Below, one piece after another: positions 1 through 9,424 of a stretch of 31,384 nt of DNA (its first letter is position 1; each line of letters begins with the position of its first letter). The position numbers and the translations under genes were made by a program. The DNA is from Bacteriovoracia bacterium (lineage in GTDB: Bacteria > Bdellovibrionota > Bacteriovoracia > Bacteriovoracales > Bacteriovoracaceae), in NCBI GenBank assembly GCA_046570105.1, contig JBKHVI010000032.1, forward strand, positions 1-31,384, read 5' to 3'. The notes beneath the pieces were generated by a model. It saw only the letters and a program-made list of their open reading frames with translations, had not been told where the DNA came from and made no database searches.

Positions 1-120
1 CGCCTTATCGGCAGTTTAGGGCCAAAAGCTATCCTAAAGTAGGGTCTAAATTCGTCCAGTTACAGGGGCGCAGTCCAGTTTTACTTAAGTATTCTTGAGA
101 ATACTCATGATGCTATTGCC

Positions 121-1098
121 GTGATTGAAGACCACAAGACGCTTGTTTTCTCCAATCAGAAATTAAAACGTTTTTTTCCTCAAGGCCTACCTTACGATCT
201 ATTAATTAATACTGATAAATCATTTTTCGAATGGAAGCATTCAGCTAATGGTGGCGAATCCATTTATCTTTGCACCAGCAACAAGCTGGGCACCCAATCT
301 TCTTTTTCTGTCCTCGCTCTAACTGATATAACCGCATTGCGCGAATCTGAGCGAGAGATCTTAGAAAAAAATCGTCAGCTCCAAGAAAACTCACACCTCA
401 TCAATCTCGGTGAAATGGCGGCTGGCATTGCTCATGAAATCAACAATCCATTGGGAATTATTCGCGGCTCAGTTGAACTCATACGCGCCGATAAAACGCA
501 TTCTCCCGAAATATTGAACAAACATCTTGTTTCAATTGATCGAATGATTGATCGCATGGTCAGCATTATACGATCAATGAGAAACCTTTCACGTCGTACG
601 ACAGGTGAAAAGCTAGAGGCCATCAACATAAGGCAGCTGCTTCAGGACGTTCACAACTTGAGCTTGATAAATTTAAAAAACCTAGAAGTTGAAGCTAGAT
701 TCAACGTTGATGAACTACCAATGGACAGCACTGTCGAAGGCCAAGCGGTTCAACTCTCACAAGTTTTTCTCAATCTTATAAATAATTCAGCGCAGGCCGT
801 GAGTGGAAAATATGATGCCTGGGTTGAACTTAAGGCTTTTCTAAAAAATGATCATTATGTCTTCTGGATTACTGATTCAGGCAAAGGCATTCCGCCAGAG
901 CATCAAGGCAAAATTTTTATGCCATTCTTTACCACTAAAGAAGTAGGAAAAGGCACAGGGATTGGACTCTCACTTTCAAAGAGTATTGTCGAAGTTCACA
1001 ATGGAACGCTCGCTCTAGATAGCAAATGTGAAAATACACGTTTTGTAATCGAGCTTCCCGCTATCGTCAATCAATGGGAAGAATCAGATCTTTCTTAG
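121..1098 (+). CDS. Sensor histidine kinase (NtrB-like HisKA + HATPase_c) with a PAS-like N-terminus; true start uncertain
   Basis: H-box AHEINNPL, N-box NLINNS, G1 DSGKGI, F-box PFFTTK, G2 GTGIGLS. The frame is open upstream to position 43. Confidence 0.93.
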   Translation: MIEDHKTLVFSNQKLKRFFPQGLPYDLLINTDKSFFEWKHSANGGESIYLCTSNKLGTQSSFSVLALTDITALRESEREILEKNRQLQENSHLINLGEMAAGIAHEINNPLGIIRGSVELIRADKTHSPEILNKHLVSIDRMIDRMVSIIRSMRNLSRRTTGEKLEAINIRQLLQDVHNLSLINLKNLEVEARFNVDELPMDSTVEGQAVQLSQVFLNLINNSAQAVSGKYDAWVELKAFLKNDHYVFWITDSGKGIPPEHQGKIFMPFFTTKEVGKGTGIGLSLSKSIVEVHNGTLALDSKCENTRFVIELPAIVNQWEESDLS

Positions 1099-2002
1099 AC
1101 TGTGTGAGTTCCTTAGGAAGATTCGTCACTAAAACTTCTTTTAACGCCTTTGCGATTGAGTTTTTTAAAGCAAAAGGTCCTGAAATAATACTGATCTCTC
1201 TCACCGGTCGCTTACCCTTAAAAGGACGGAGTCTTTTTTGAATCTCTGGGCTGAGATGCCTAATGGCCAACTCAGGAACGACGGTGAAGCCTGTCATACT
1301 TTGTAGTAGATTGACTAAAGTCTCAATCGATCCACCTTCAAAAAAGACCGCACGCTCTTGATTCGAAAGTCTCGTTCCACAAAGATGTAACACTTGAGCA
1401 CGTAAGCAGTGACCCTCTTTTAACAACCACGCTTCTTCAATTTTTAAATCTTGCTCACGTATTTCTTTTTCCTTGAGCAAGGGGTGTCCAGGAGAGAACA
1501 GTAACTGAAAGCCTTCATGAAAGAGAACATCTTCTTTAATGTCCTTGATATCAAGCGGAGTAGCGAGAATGCCAGCATCTAACTTGTCTTCTTTCAGCAT
1601 GGCGATGATTTCATCTGTTTGATACTCAAACAGGCGCAATTGGACTTTTGGCCACTGAGTGCGAAATTTTTCGACGAACAAGGGTAATAAATAAGGTGCC
1701 AGTGTGGGAATAACGGCTAGATTAAATTCTCCAGACACTTCTTGGCGAGTACTGCGGGCCAACTCCTCCAGCGCATCTGAGCGATGAATCACCTCACGGG
1801 CCATGACAAGAACTTTTTTTCCCAAAGCGGTAGGACGAACTGGCGTGACACCACGATCAAAAATAGTCACCTGCAAATAGTCTTCAAGCTTTTGAATCTG
1901 CATACTCAAAGTGGGCTGAGTGACAAAGCACTCACGGGCGGCCTGGGCAAAATTATGGCAGCGTTCAACAGCTAAAATGTATTTGAGTTGCGTCAGCGTC
2001 AT
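1067..2002 (-). CDS. oxyR: LysR-family hydrogen peroxide-inducible activator (OxyR-like)
   Basis: LysR HTH (NFAQAARECFVTQPTLSMQIQKLE), IPTLAPYLLP and the redox Cys pair EGHCLRAQVLHLC (C199/C208 equivalents). ATG at 2002 is preceded by AAAGGAAA. Confidence 0.88.
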   Translation of the reverse strand: MTLTQLKYILAVERCHNFAQAARECFVTQPTLSMQIQKLEDYLQVTIFDRGVTPVRPTALGKKVLVMAREVIHRSDALEELARSTRQEVSGEFNLAVIPTLAPYLLPLFVEKFRTQWPKVQLRLFEYQTDEIIAMLKEDKLDAGILATPLDIKDIKEDVLFHEGFQLLFSPGHPLLKEKEIREQDLKIEEAWLLKEGHCLRAQVLHLCGTRLSNQERAVFFEGGSIETLVNLLQSMTGFTVVPELAIRHLSPEIQKRLRPFKGKRPVREISIISGPFALKNSIAKALKEVLVTNLPKELTQSKKDLILPID

Positions 2003-2064
2003 AGACTTTCCTTTCACGTCTTTGTCTTGCTAGCATTGAAGCACGTTTGATTTCGGAGGTCGAT

Positions 2065-2520
2065 ATGTTGGCGCTTTTTCTCATCACAGCTTTTCTGGTC
2101 GGTTGCATGTTGCCCTGGCAGCCCGTCGTAAATGCACGATTGGGAATTGAAATGGCATCGCCACTATGGGCCGGCTTTATTAGTTTTCTAGGGGGAGCGC
2201 TTCTCTTAGGTGCGCTGGCACTGTTGCAAGGCCAGTTCTCAGATAAGATCACACGACTCTCGACTGCTCCTTGGTGGTCGATGACAGGGGGGCTGCTAGG
2301 TGCCATTTTTGTTATTGCAGCGCTAATTCTCATTCCACGAATTGGAGCGACTTCTCTCGGAGTAGCATTTATTTGCGGTCAGCTTTTGATGGCGGTGGTT
2401 ATGGATCACTATGGTCTTGCGGGACTCAGCGTGCGTCCCATCGATTCCATGCGCTTTGTTGGGATTGTCTTAGTGCTCGTCGGAGTTTTTATGGTCATGA
2501 GGCCTAGTCATGCGTCTTGA
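2065..2520 (+). CDS. DMT-family small membrane transporter (YdcZ/DUF606-like)
   Basis: About five hydrophobic segments with motifs Q..VNARL, PWW..TGGLLGA, PRIGA and GQL...VVMDHYG. SD GGAGGT precedes ATG 2065. Confidence 0.85.
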   Translation: MLALFLITAFLVGCMLPWQPVVNARLGIEMASPLWAGFISFLGGALLLGALALLQGQFSDKITRLSTAPWWSMTGGLLGAIFVIAALILIPRIGATSLGVAFICGQLLMAVVMDHYGLAGLSVRPIDSMRFVGIVLVLVGVFMVMRPSHAS

Positions 2521-3508
2521 AAATGTCACAGTCAGTTTTGATCAGCGCGGGATCGCGGGCCTTCATCAAATTTCACTGGGCCTTAAACCAGGTGAAATTT
2601 TTGTTATTATGGGCGCTAATGGGGCCGGAAAAACCACACTACTGCGTCTCTTAAGCGGTGAACTCCATCCGCAATCAGGTTCAGTGACTCCTGCCGTACG
2701 AGTTGCTCAAATGGATGTCCGTTCGCATTTAACGACTCAAGGAAATATTCAAGAGTGGCTCATGAGCGGTGTAAAGCGCTCCCTCAACGACGAACAAAAG
2801 TTACAACTCGCTCGCGATCTGGCCGATGCTTTTGAATTTCCCATGCAACTCAAAAAACGCTTAAACGAAGTTTCAGAAGGACAACGGCAACGAGCACGCT
2901 TGGCCTATGCGCTGGTTGATTCCCCTGAGTTGTTATTACTCGATGAACCCTTTGCGCATCTTGATCAACCACTGCGCTTCGATCTCATGCGTTTGTTAAA
3001 ATCTTATGTTCAATCACGTGAAATAACTGTCGCCTGGGTCACTCATCATCGTGAAGAAGCACTCTCCATGGCGACTCGCTTGGGCGTTTTAAGTTTTGGT
3101 CGCTGGGAACAAATTGGATCACCTGAAGAAGTTTATTGGCGTCCAAAAAGCCTTGTGGTGGCCCAACTGATGGGTCACAGAAATCTGGTCACTGTGACTC
3201 GTACAAACCCACAAGAAGCCTTTCAAACCCCCTTCGGTACTTGGTCCCCCCAAGGTGTGGCCTATGGAAAAACCCATACCGTTCTCTCTTTGCCACCGGA
3301 AGCTTTTGAGCTTCACCCCCAAGGTGTTTTTACTGGCAGCGTTACTGAGACACGATTTATGGGGCACTTAAGTGAGGTCATCCTTGAAAATGCAGGTCAA
3401 CAATGGACGGTTCGCTTTAAAGGGCCACAATTAGACCTAGTTAAGCCTGGAGAAATGCGTCGCTTTAATGTCCATCTTTCTCAAGGTGTTGGCATCGACT
3501 GCCTGTGA
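2510..3508 (+). CDS. ABC transporter ATP-binding protein (PotA/FbpC-like, probable C-terminal TOBE domain)
   Basis: Walker A GANGAGKT, variant signature VSEGQRQR, Walker B LLLLDEP, H-loop VTHH. Confidence 0.88.
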   Translation: MRLENVTVSFDQRGIAGLHQISLGLKPGEIFVIMGANGAGKTTLLRLLSGELHPQSGSVTPAVRVAQMDVRSHLTTQGNIQEWLMSGVKRSLNDEQKLQLARDLADAFEFPMQLKKRLNEVSEGQRQRARLAYALVDSPELLLLDEPFAHLDQPLRFDLMRLLKSYVQSREITVAWVTHHREEALSMATRLGVLSFGRWEQIGSPEEVYWRPKSLVVAQLMGHRNLVTVTRTNPQEAFQTPFGTWSPQGVAYGKTHTVLSLPPEAFELHPQGVFTGSVTETRFMGHLSEVILENAGQQWTVRFKGPQLDLVKPGEMRRFNVHLSQGVGIDCL

Positions 3509-3530
3509 CAAAAATGGTACTCAATTCGTC

Positions 3531-4427
3531 ATGGCCGTCACCTATTTTGACCGCGAAACCTATCAGCGTAAACCGGAATGGTTAAAGGTTCCCCTACCTT
3601 CGGGCGAGGACTTTAAAGATATCCGCGACAACCTTCGTAAGAATGGTCTCTCCACCGTTTGCGAAGAGGCTAAGTGCCCAAATATTTCCGAATGCTGGAG
3701 TGCTCGTACCGCCACCATCATGATCTTGGGTGATACCTGCACACGAGCCTGTAAATTCTGTAATGTGAAAACCGGTAACCCGAAAGGTGTTATCAATGCT
3801 GATGAGATTCCTAATTCTGCCAAGATGGTGGGAATCATGTCGCTTAAGTACGTCGTGATTACTAGCGTTGACCGAGATGATGTCGCCGATCATGGTGCAG
3901 GTCACTTTGCCGCTGTCGTCAACGAAGTTCACAAAGTTCATCCGGAAACAAAAGTTGAAGTTCTGATTCCAGATTTTGCTGTCATTGAAGAGCACATGCA
4001 CACGCTTGCAATGAGTAATCCATTTGTGATTGCGCAAAATATTGAAACCGTTCGCCGACTCACTCATCCCGTGCGCGATCCACGGGCGGGTTATGATAAG
4101 ACTCTCGCGTGCCTGGATTTTTACAAAAAGAACTATCCCCACATCCAAACCAAAACTTCTCTGCAAGTTGGTCACGGTGAAAGTTGGGAAGAGATTCAAG
4201 AGACACTCGAAGATCTTCGTCGTATCGATTGTGACATCGTCACTTTCGGTCAATATTTGCAGCCATCGAAGCGTCACCTTGATGTGAAGAAATTTTATAC
4301 GCCCGATGATTTTGTAGAGATGAAACGGATGGCCGAGAAATTAGGCTTTAAGTTTGTCGCTTCAGGGCCATTGGTTAGATCAAGTTACAAAGCAGCGGAC
4401 TTCCTTGAGTACGCTGGCACACCATGA
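3531..4427 (+). CDS. lipA: Lipoyl synthase
   Basis: RKPEWL, CEEAKCPNISEC (CX4CX5C), radical SAM motif CTRACKFC, GQYLQPS, VRSSY. ATG 3531 is preferred over 3468. Confidence 0.97.
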   Translation: MAVTYFDRETYQRKPEWLKVPLPSGEDFKDIRDNLRKNGLSTVCEEAKCPNISECWSARTATIMILGDTCTRACKFCNVKTGNPKGVINADEIPNSAKMVGIMSLKYVVITSVDRDDVADHGAGHFAAVVNEVHKVHPETKVEVLIPDFAVIEEHMHTLAMSNPFVIAQNIETVRRLTHPVRDPRAGYDKTLACLDFYKKNYPHIQTKTSLQVGHGESWEEIQETLEDLRRIDCDIVTFGQYLQPSKRHLDVKKFYTPDDFVEMKRMAEKLGFKFVASGPLVRSSYKAADFLEYAGTP

Positions 4428-5110
4428 AGACGCCAGAAATTATTCAAACACAAGGCTGGCACTTGGCCACTTGTTGGAACTGGGATTATCAAGATGCGTG
4501 GAATTTTCAAAAACATACTGTCGAGCGAGTGCGCGAATCTGGTGAGCGCTGGCTTATTGCATGTTCTCATCCGGATACTCTCACGCATGGCCGTGGTCTA
4601 CAGAAAGCAAAAAAAGGTCAAAGCTTCGAACTCGAAGACTTTAAGCCACAAAGCTTCCCCTCGCTTCCTGTCCCCTTCTTTCAAATCGAGCGCGGCGGTG
4701 GCCTAACTTTCCATCATCCAGGCCAATTGATTCTCTATCCGATCGTGAGACTTCATCCTCAGCGTTTAGGTCTCTCAGCACTGGTCGATCAACTCTTACT
4801 CTCTACTCAAGGTGCTCTTGAAGAAAGAGGCATCGCAGGTTTGACTCATGAACGTGAACTTTTAGGTTTGTGGCTTGGAGCTAAAAAATTGGCCAGCGTG
4901 GGCATCGCCATTGATAAAATGATTACACTCCATGGTCTAGCACTCAATGTATCGCGCTTCGATGAGCTCAAACAAAAACTCGCCTTCCTTGCTCCTTGCG
5001 GAATGGGTTTTGAAACTTACACATCAGTGGAAGAGTTAACGGGAAGAAAAACATCTCCGCAGGATCTACTGCCGGAAGTAACACGGAGATTTTTCCATGC
5101 GTGGGAATAG
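4424..5110 (+). CDS. lipB: Lipoyl(octanoyl) transferase
   Basis: RGGGLTFHHPGQL, KLASVG, HGLALNV, PCG. ATGA overlap with lipA. Confidence 0.93.
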   Translation: MKTPEIIQTQGWHLATCWNWDYQDAWNFQKHTVERVRESGERWLIACSHPDTLTHGRGLQKAKKGQSFELEDFKPQSFPSLPVPFFQIERGGGLTFHHPGQLILYPIVRLHPQRLGLSALVDQLLLSTQGALEERGIAGLTHERELLGLWLGAKKLASVGIAIDKMITLHGLALNVSRFDELKQKLAFLAPCGMGFETYTSVEELTGRKTSPQDLLPEVTRRFFHAWE

Positions 5111-6080
5111 TTTTGGAAAAATGTTTTCACTCACTAGCTTTGGCGAGAGTCATGGAACTGCTCTCGGTGTGGTCCTTGATGGTGTTCCACCTGGACTATT
5201 GGTAAATCTTGATGATCTACAAGCAGAACTGGCCCGTCGAGCTCCAGGACAAAGTGCTTTTACCACCGCCAGAAAAGAAGCTGATACGGCAGAAATTTTA
5301 TCAGGTGTATTTGAAGGTAAAACTCTAGGAACTCCTATTGCCGTCATTGTTCGTAATACGGATCAGCGCTCAGCTGATTATGACAAACTAAAAACTGAAC
5401 ATCGTCCCGGCCATGCCGATCGTACGACTGAGATTAAATACGGAATTAGAGATCATCGTGGCGGTGGCCGCTCTTCAGGGCGTGAAACAGTCTCACGAGT
5501 GATCGCCGGCTATTTTGCAGGCCTGACCCTTCCTTCCATGAAAGCTTTCGCGTGGAGTGATTCCATTGGCACATTTCGAAATGGTGAAGCCAAAACGACG
5601 GAGCGCTCAGTACTAGGTTTCACCAATCTTGAAGTCTCAAAACAAGTCGAAACTTTTCTTTTAAACTGTAAGTCTCATGGTGAATCAGCAGGCGGCGTTG
5701 TAGGTCTTAAAGTATCAGGCGTCCCTGCGGGCCTAGGTGAGCCAGCTTTTGATAAACTCAAAGCAGATCTGGCCAAAGCCATGCTCTCACTTCCTGGGTG
5801 CCTTGGAATTGAAATCGGTTCGGGCTTTGCGGCGACAGAAATTCCTGGCAGTGAGCTTTCCAAAGATCCAAGTCATTTTGGTGGAATGGAGGGTGGCATC
5901 ACAAACGGAAGTGATCTCACTTTACGAGTGGCTTTTAAAGCGCCATCGACATTAGGAGAGAAGGCCAAAGAAGGCCGTCACGATCCTTGTCTTCTCCCTC
6001 GAGTTCTACCTGTGGTAGAAGCGATGGCAAAAATTGTTATCGCTGATCATTTCCTAAGGCAAAAGGCCTATTTGACCTGA
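5097..6080 (+). CDS. aroC: Chorismate synthase
   Basis: FGESHG, RPGHAD, RGGGRSSGRET, GEPAFDKL, GRHDPC. Confidence 0.96.
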   Translation: MRGNSFGKMFSLTSFGESHGTALGVVLDGVPPGLLVNLDDLQAELARRAPGQSAFTTARKEADTAEILSGVFEGKTLGTPIAVIVRNTDQRSADYDKLKTEHRPGHADRTTEIKYGIRDHRGGGRSSGRETVSRVIAGYFAGLTLPSMKAFAWSDSIGTFRNGEAKTTERSVLGFTNLEVSKQVETFLLNCKSHGESAGGVVGLKVSGVPAGLGEPAFDKLKADLAKAMLSLPGCLGIEIGSGFAATEIPGSELSKDPSHFGGMEGGITNGSDLTLRVAFKAPSTLGEKAKEGRHDPCLLPRVLPVVEAMAKIVIADHFLRQKAYLT

Positions 6081-8129
6081 GGCCTGTGAACGTAAAAATT
6101 CATCCGTTAATCCGATGGCCGCCTTCTTAAATTGTCTGAGAGTTAAAAGTGCTTCTGAGGGCTGACAGCGTTCGAGAGTTTTCGACTGTGCATCTTTCCA
6201 ACAATAGGGATTCTCCCCTACCCACGCCCCTTCATTATTCATTACGATATTATGAGCATTCAAGGCCGCACCACGAGGCCTAAACATGCTCTGGCCAAAA
6301 CCCCAATAACTCGACTCAGATAAAGTGAGCTCATATAGAGTAGGCATCACATCGACATGTGAACCCCAATTATCCTTATCCCATTCTTTGGGGCGTAAAG
6401 CTTCCGGCAGATGGAGATAGAATGGCACACCGAGCTTTTGTGCTAAATTTTCTCGCCCTTTGCTACGGCCAACCCAAAATGAATGGTCACCTGTAACTGC
6501 AATAACTGAATTTTTTGTCTGCTCATTGGACTTAACTTGTGTCAGAAAAGCTGAAAGCTTTTGCGTTGAATACTGCAAACTTTTAGCAAGACCTAAGACT
6601 TCACTTGTAGAGCGACCAAACTTCTTTTGATCTCCTTGTCCTAAGCGATTGAGTCCTTTGGGCTTAAAACTAGTGGGCAAATCAAATGGTGGTTGAGAGG
6701 TTGTCGTGATGATGAAAAAGAATTGTGGAGTGGTTGCTCGACTTAATTCTTTTTGTACATATTCAAAGAGATGTTCATCATAAACCCCTAGATCACTTTC
6801 GCGATCACTTTCTTTTACTTGATAAAGGTCCAGCTCTCTTGAGATTTGATCAGCACCCTCAAGACGATCCCAACCCTGTACTTGTAAATAGCCTCCCAAT
6901 TGTCTCCACCCAAGCTTTCCGCCATATACAAAACGAGTGGTATAGCCTGCATTCTTGTAAGGCAAATGACTTCCACTCGCGATCTGTGTGCGCATATATT
7001 GGCTTTCAGAAAGAAAGCGAGCTCCCGGCCTAAGTGGTAAGCCACTTGTAAGAGCATCGATGCTACCAATTGTTCCACTTTCACTTGCTAAGAAATTGGA
7101 AAAGAAAAAATCCTCAGTCGTATGAACCTTAAAATCTTCCACCACAGGAAGATTAAAGTCCCACCACATGGTTGCGAGATTTCTTACTACCATCACAATC
7201 ACATGGGGAGGTGCAGATTTAACTGTTTCATTTAAGGCCGTGGTCATTTTTAAATTTTCAAGGCCAGTCCAGCCTTCTGAGGGCGGAGTTCGACCGCGGT
7301 ATGACATCAGATCTGTTACCGCAGGCGTGAGTTGCTGATAGCCCTCAAGTGAAAGATAGCGCTGGTCTTCACTTCGAGTGGTTCGTTTTATTCTTACCGA
7401 ACGATTAAGAGCAATAACACCATTCACACTTAATTCATTAATGGATTCTAAATCACTTATATAAGAGTCTTCAATTGAGAGCGGCATGCGAGCTAGGTTA
7501 CCTCTGCCTAAGAAAACGAGAATCACGACTCCAGCAGTCAGAACTAAACTCAATTCCTCTTTTGCCAAAGGCTGAGCATAGAACAAATCAATCCTCTCGC
7601 GTTTAAACCATCGACAAAGAATCCATCCGATGAAACCGAGGAAAACCATCAGGCCCGGAATCCAAACGAAGAGATTATTTTTTTTATGAATTGAACTCAA
7701 GAGCGTTTGCGTATCGCTTTCAAGAAGAGTTAAGAAGATGACATTGAGATGATCCTGGAAATAGGAATAAAAACTCAAATCAGCCAGAGATATAAGTAGA
7801 AGGATACAAATGAAAAAGAATATCCAGATGCGATGAAACCAGGGAATGAATCTTAGGTAACCATCACGAGGAAAGATAAAGCCAACACACGTCACGATAT
7901 AAGGAATCGCCAGAATATAAGCAGCACAGATGAGATCGTAGCGTAGACCTAACAAGAATGAACGAAAAGTAAGATCGAGATTTTTTTTCAGGACCACAAG
8001 TTCACTATACTGACTGACAAAAATCAAACGACTCACCATTAATATGAATGCAATAAGAAGCATTGTTTTAAACAATTGCATGACTTGATGGAATAAATAA
8101 GGCTGAGCCTTTTCCGGAGCGTAACGCAT
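6054..8129 (-). CDS. LTA synthase-family / sulfatase-like membrane protein with degenerate metal ligands
   Basis: About five N-terminal TM helices (GLRYDL; YSYFQDHLN) and an extracytoplasmic alkaline-phosphatase-like domain with GVYDE, VTGDH, VPFYL and SHVDVMPTL. Confidence 0.82.
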   Translation of the reverse strand: MRYAPEKAQPYLFHQVMQLFKTMLLIAFILMVSRLIFVSQYSELVVLKKNLDLTFRSFLLGLRYDLICAAYILAIPYIVTCVGFIFPRDGYLRFIPWFHRIWIFFFICILLLISLADLSFYSYFQDHLNVIFLTLLESDTQTLLSSIHKKNNLFVWIPGLMVFLGFIGWILCRWFKRERIDLFYAQPLAKEELSLVLTAGVVILVFLGRGNLARMPLSIEDSYISDLESINELSVNGVIALNRSVRIKRTTRSEDQRYLSLEGYQQLTPAVTDLMSYRGRTPPSEGWTGLENLKMTTALNETVKSAPPHVIVMVVRNLATMWWDFNLPVVEDFKVHTTEDFFFSNFLASESGTIGSIDALTSGLPLRPGARFLSESQYMRTQIASGSHLPYKNAGYTTRFVYGGKLGWRQLGGYLQVQGWDRLEGADQISRELDLYQVKESDRESDLGVYDEHLFEYVQKELSRATTPQFFFIITTTSQPPFDLPTSFKPKGLNRLGQGDQKKFGRSTSEVLGLAKSLQYSTQKLSAFLTQVKSNEQTKNSVIAVTGDHSFWVGRSKGRENLAQKLGVPFYLHLPEALRPKEWDKDNWGSHVDVMPTLYELTLSESSYWGFGQSMFRPRGAALNAHNIVMNNEGAWVGENPYCWKDAQSKTLERCQPSEALLTLRQFKKAAIGLTDEFLRSQASGQIGLLP

Positions 8130-8216
8130 GAAAGGAAATCCTTGGGGATTGTTTCCTTTATGTTAACGCGACTGAAGCGAATACAGTGATAAGAATGTTA
8201 TGCCTGACTATTTTGC

Positions 8217-9305
8217 TTACTCTTCGGCAAACATCAAGTTTCGCTCGAAATCATCTGGCTTGGATGCATTTGAGCGCGCCTCTTCCAGAGTCACCATCCC
8301 CTTCTTATAGAGATCGGTAAGGTGCTGGTCAAAGGTCTGCATTCCATTGGAGCGCTTCTCGATATAGGTATAAATTTCGACTGTTTTATCTGCCACCTGA
8401 ATGGCTTCACGAATCCCTGGATTGTTTACCATGATTTCTTGAACAGCAATCCTACCCTTTCCATCTGATTTTTTAACTAGTCGCTGACTGACAGTGGCAT
8501 GGAGGTTATCAGCAATACGCTGACGAACGGCATGCTGCTCTTCAGGTGGAAACATCGAGATTAAGCGACCAATGGTAGAAAGAGCATCTGTAGTATGAAC
8601 CGTACCAAAGACCAAGTGACCCGTTTCGGCTGCCTTGATGGCAATCCCAATTGTTTCAGCATCACGCATCTCACCAATCAGAATGATGTCTGGATCCTGT
8701 CGAAGGGCCGCCCTCAAAGCTGAAGCAAAGTCTTCAGTGTCCTGACCAACTTCGCGCTGAGTGATGCGTGCCTTAATAGTCTGGTGCACGAACTCAACAG
8801 GATCTTCCAGCGTAAGAATATGCACTGGCTGAGTGCGGTTAATATAATTAATCATGGCGGCGAGAGTTGAACTTTTGCCAGAGCCAGTTGCACCTGTTAC
8901 CAGAACTAGTCCCTGACCAGCGGAAGCAATTTTATTAATCGCCTCAGGCAGTCCAAGTTCATCAGAAGTAGGAATTTTGTCGGAAATAATCCGCAAAATA
9001 AGACCCATTTTTCCTTGATAGCGCATGAAATTTATTCGCACACGACAGACACCAGGAATCGCATAGGATCCGTCATATTCTTTGAGTTTATCTTTGGCGA
9101 GTTTGGCGAGTATGTCCTCGTCCTTAATGATGACTTGGCATATGGCCCTCATATCAGCATCAGTCAGTGGCTCCATCTTCACTGTCACCAAATCACCACG
9201 TAAACGGAAAGATGGTTTTTCATCCTGACGTAAATGAATATCACTCACTTCATTTGAAACAGCGTTTCTCACAAGACCAACAAAGATCTCTTTATTCATC
9301 GGCAT
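8217..9305 (-). CDS. pilT: Type IV pilus retraction ATPase, PilT/PilU family
   Basis: SDIHL, Walker A GATGSGKS, EDPVE, QREVG, ALRQDPDIILIGEMRD, AETGHLVFGTVHT, GMQTFDQ. Confidence 0.92.
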   Translation of the reverse strand: MPMNKEIFVGLVRNAVSNEVSDIHLRQDEKPSFRLRGDLVTVKMEPLTDADMRAICQVIIKDEDILAKLAKDKLKEYDGSYAIPGVCRVRINFMRYQGKMGLILRIISDKIPTSDELGLPEAINKIASAGQGLVLVTGATGSGKSSTLAAMINYINRTQPVHILTLEDPVEFVHQTIKARITQREVGQDTEDFASALRAALRQDPDIILIGEMRDAETIGIAIKAAETGHLVFGTVHTTDALSTIGRLISMFPPEEQHAVRQRIADNLHATVSQRLVKKSDGKGRIAVQEIMVNNPGIREAIQVADKTVEIYTYIEKRSNGMQTFDQHLTDLYKKGMVTLEEARSNASKPDDFERNLMFAEE

Positions 9306-9424
9306 AGCATAAGTCCTTTTGCTTACTTATCGGCATCGCCTGAAATGGCCCAAGCTCAACCTAATGACAGAGCGTTTAACTCAGAAAACTGCAAAAGACA
9401 CTGAAAGTGCTAGAATATGTGGCT

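Noticed and set aside
3594..4277. 227-aa antisense ORF, and the many other 60-170 aa shadow ORFs in the track
   Set aside because: They lie within well-supported genes (here lipA) and have no recognisable motifs.
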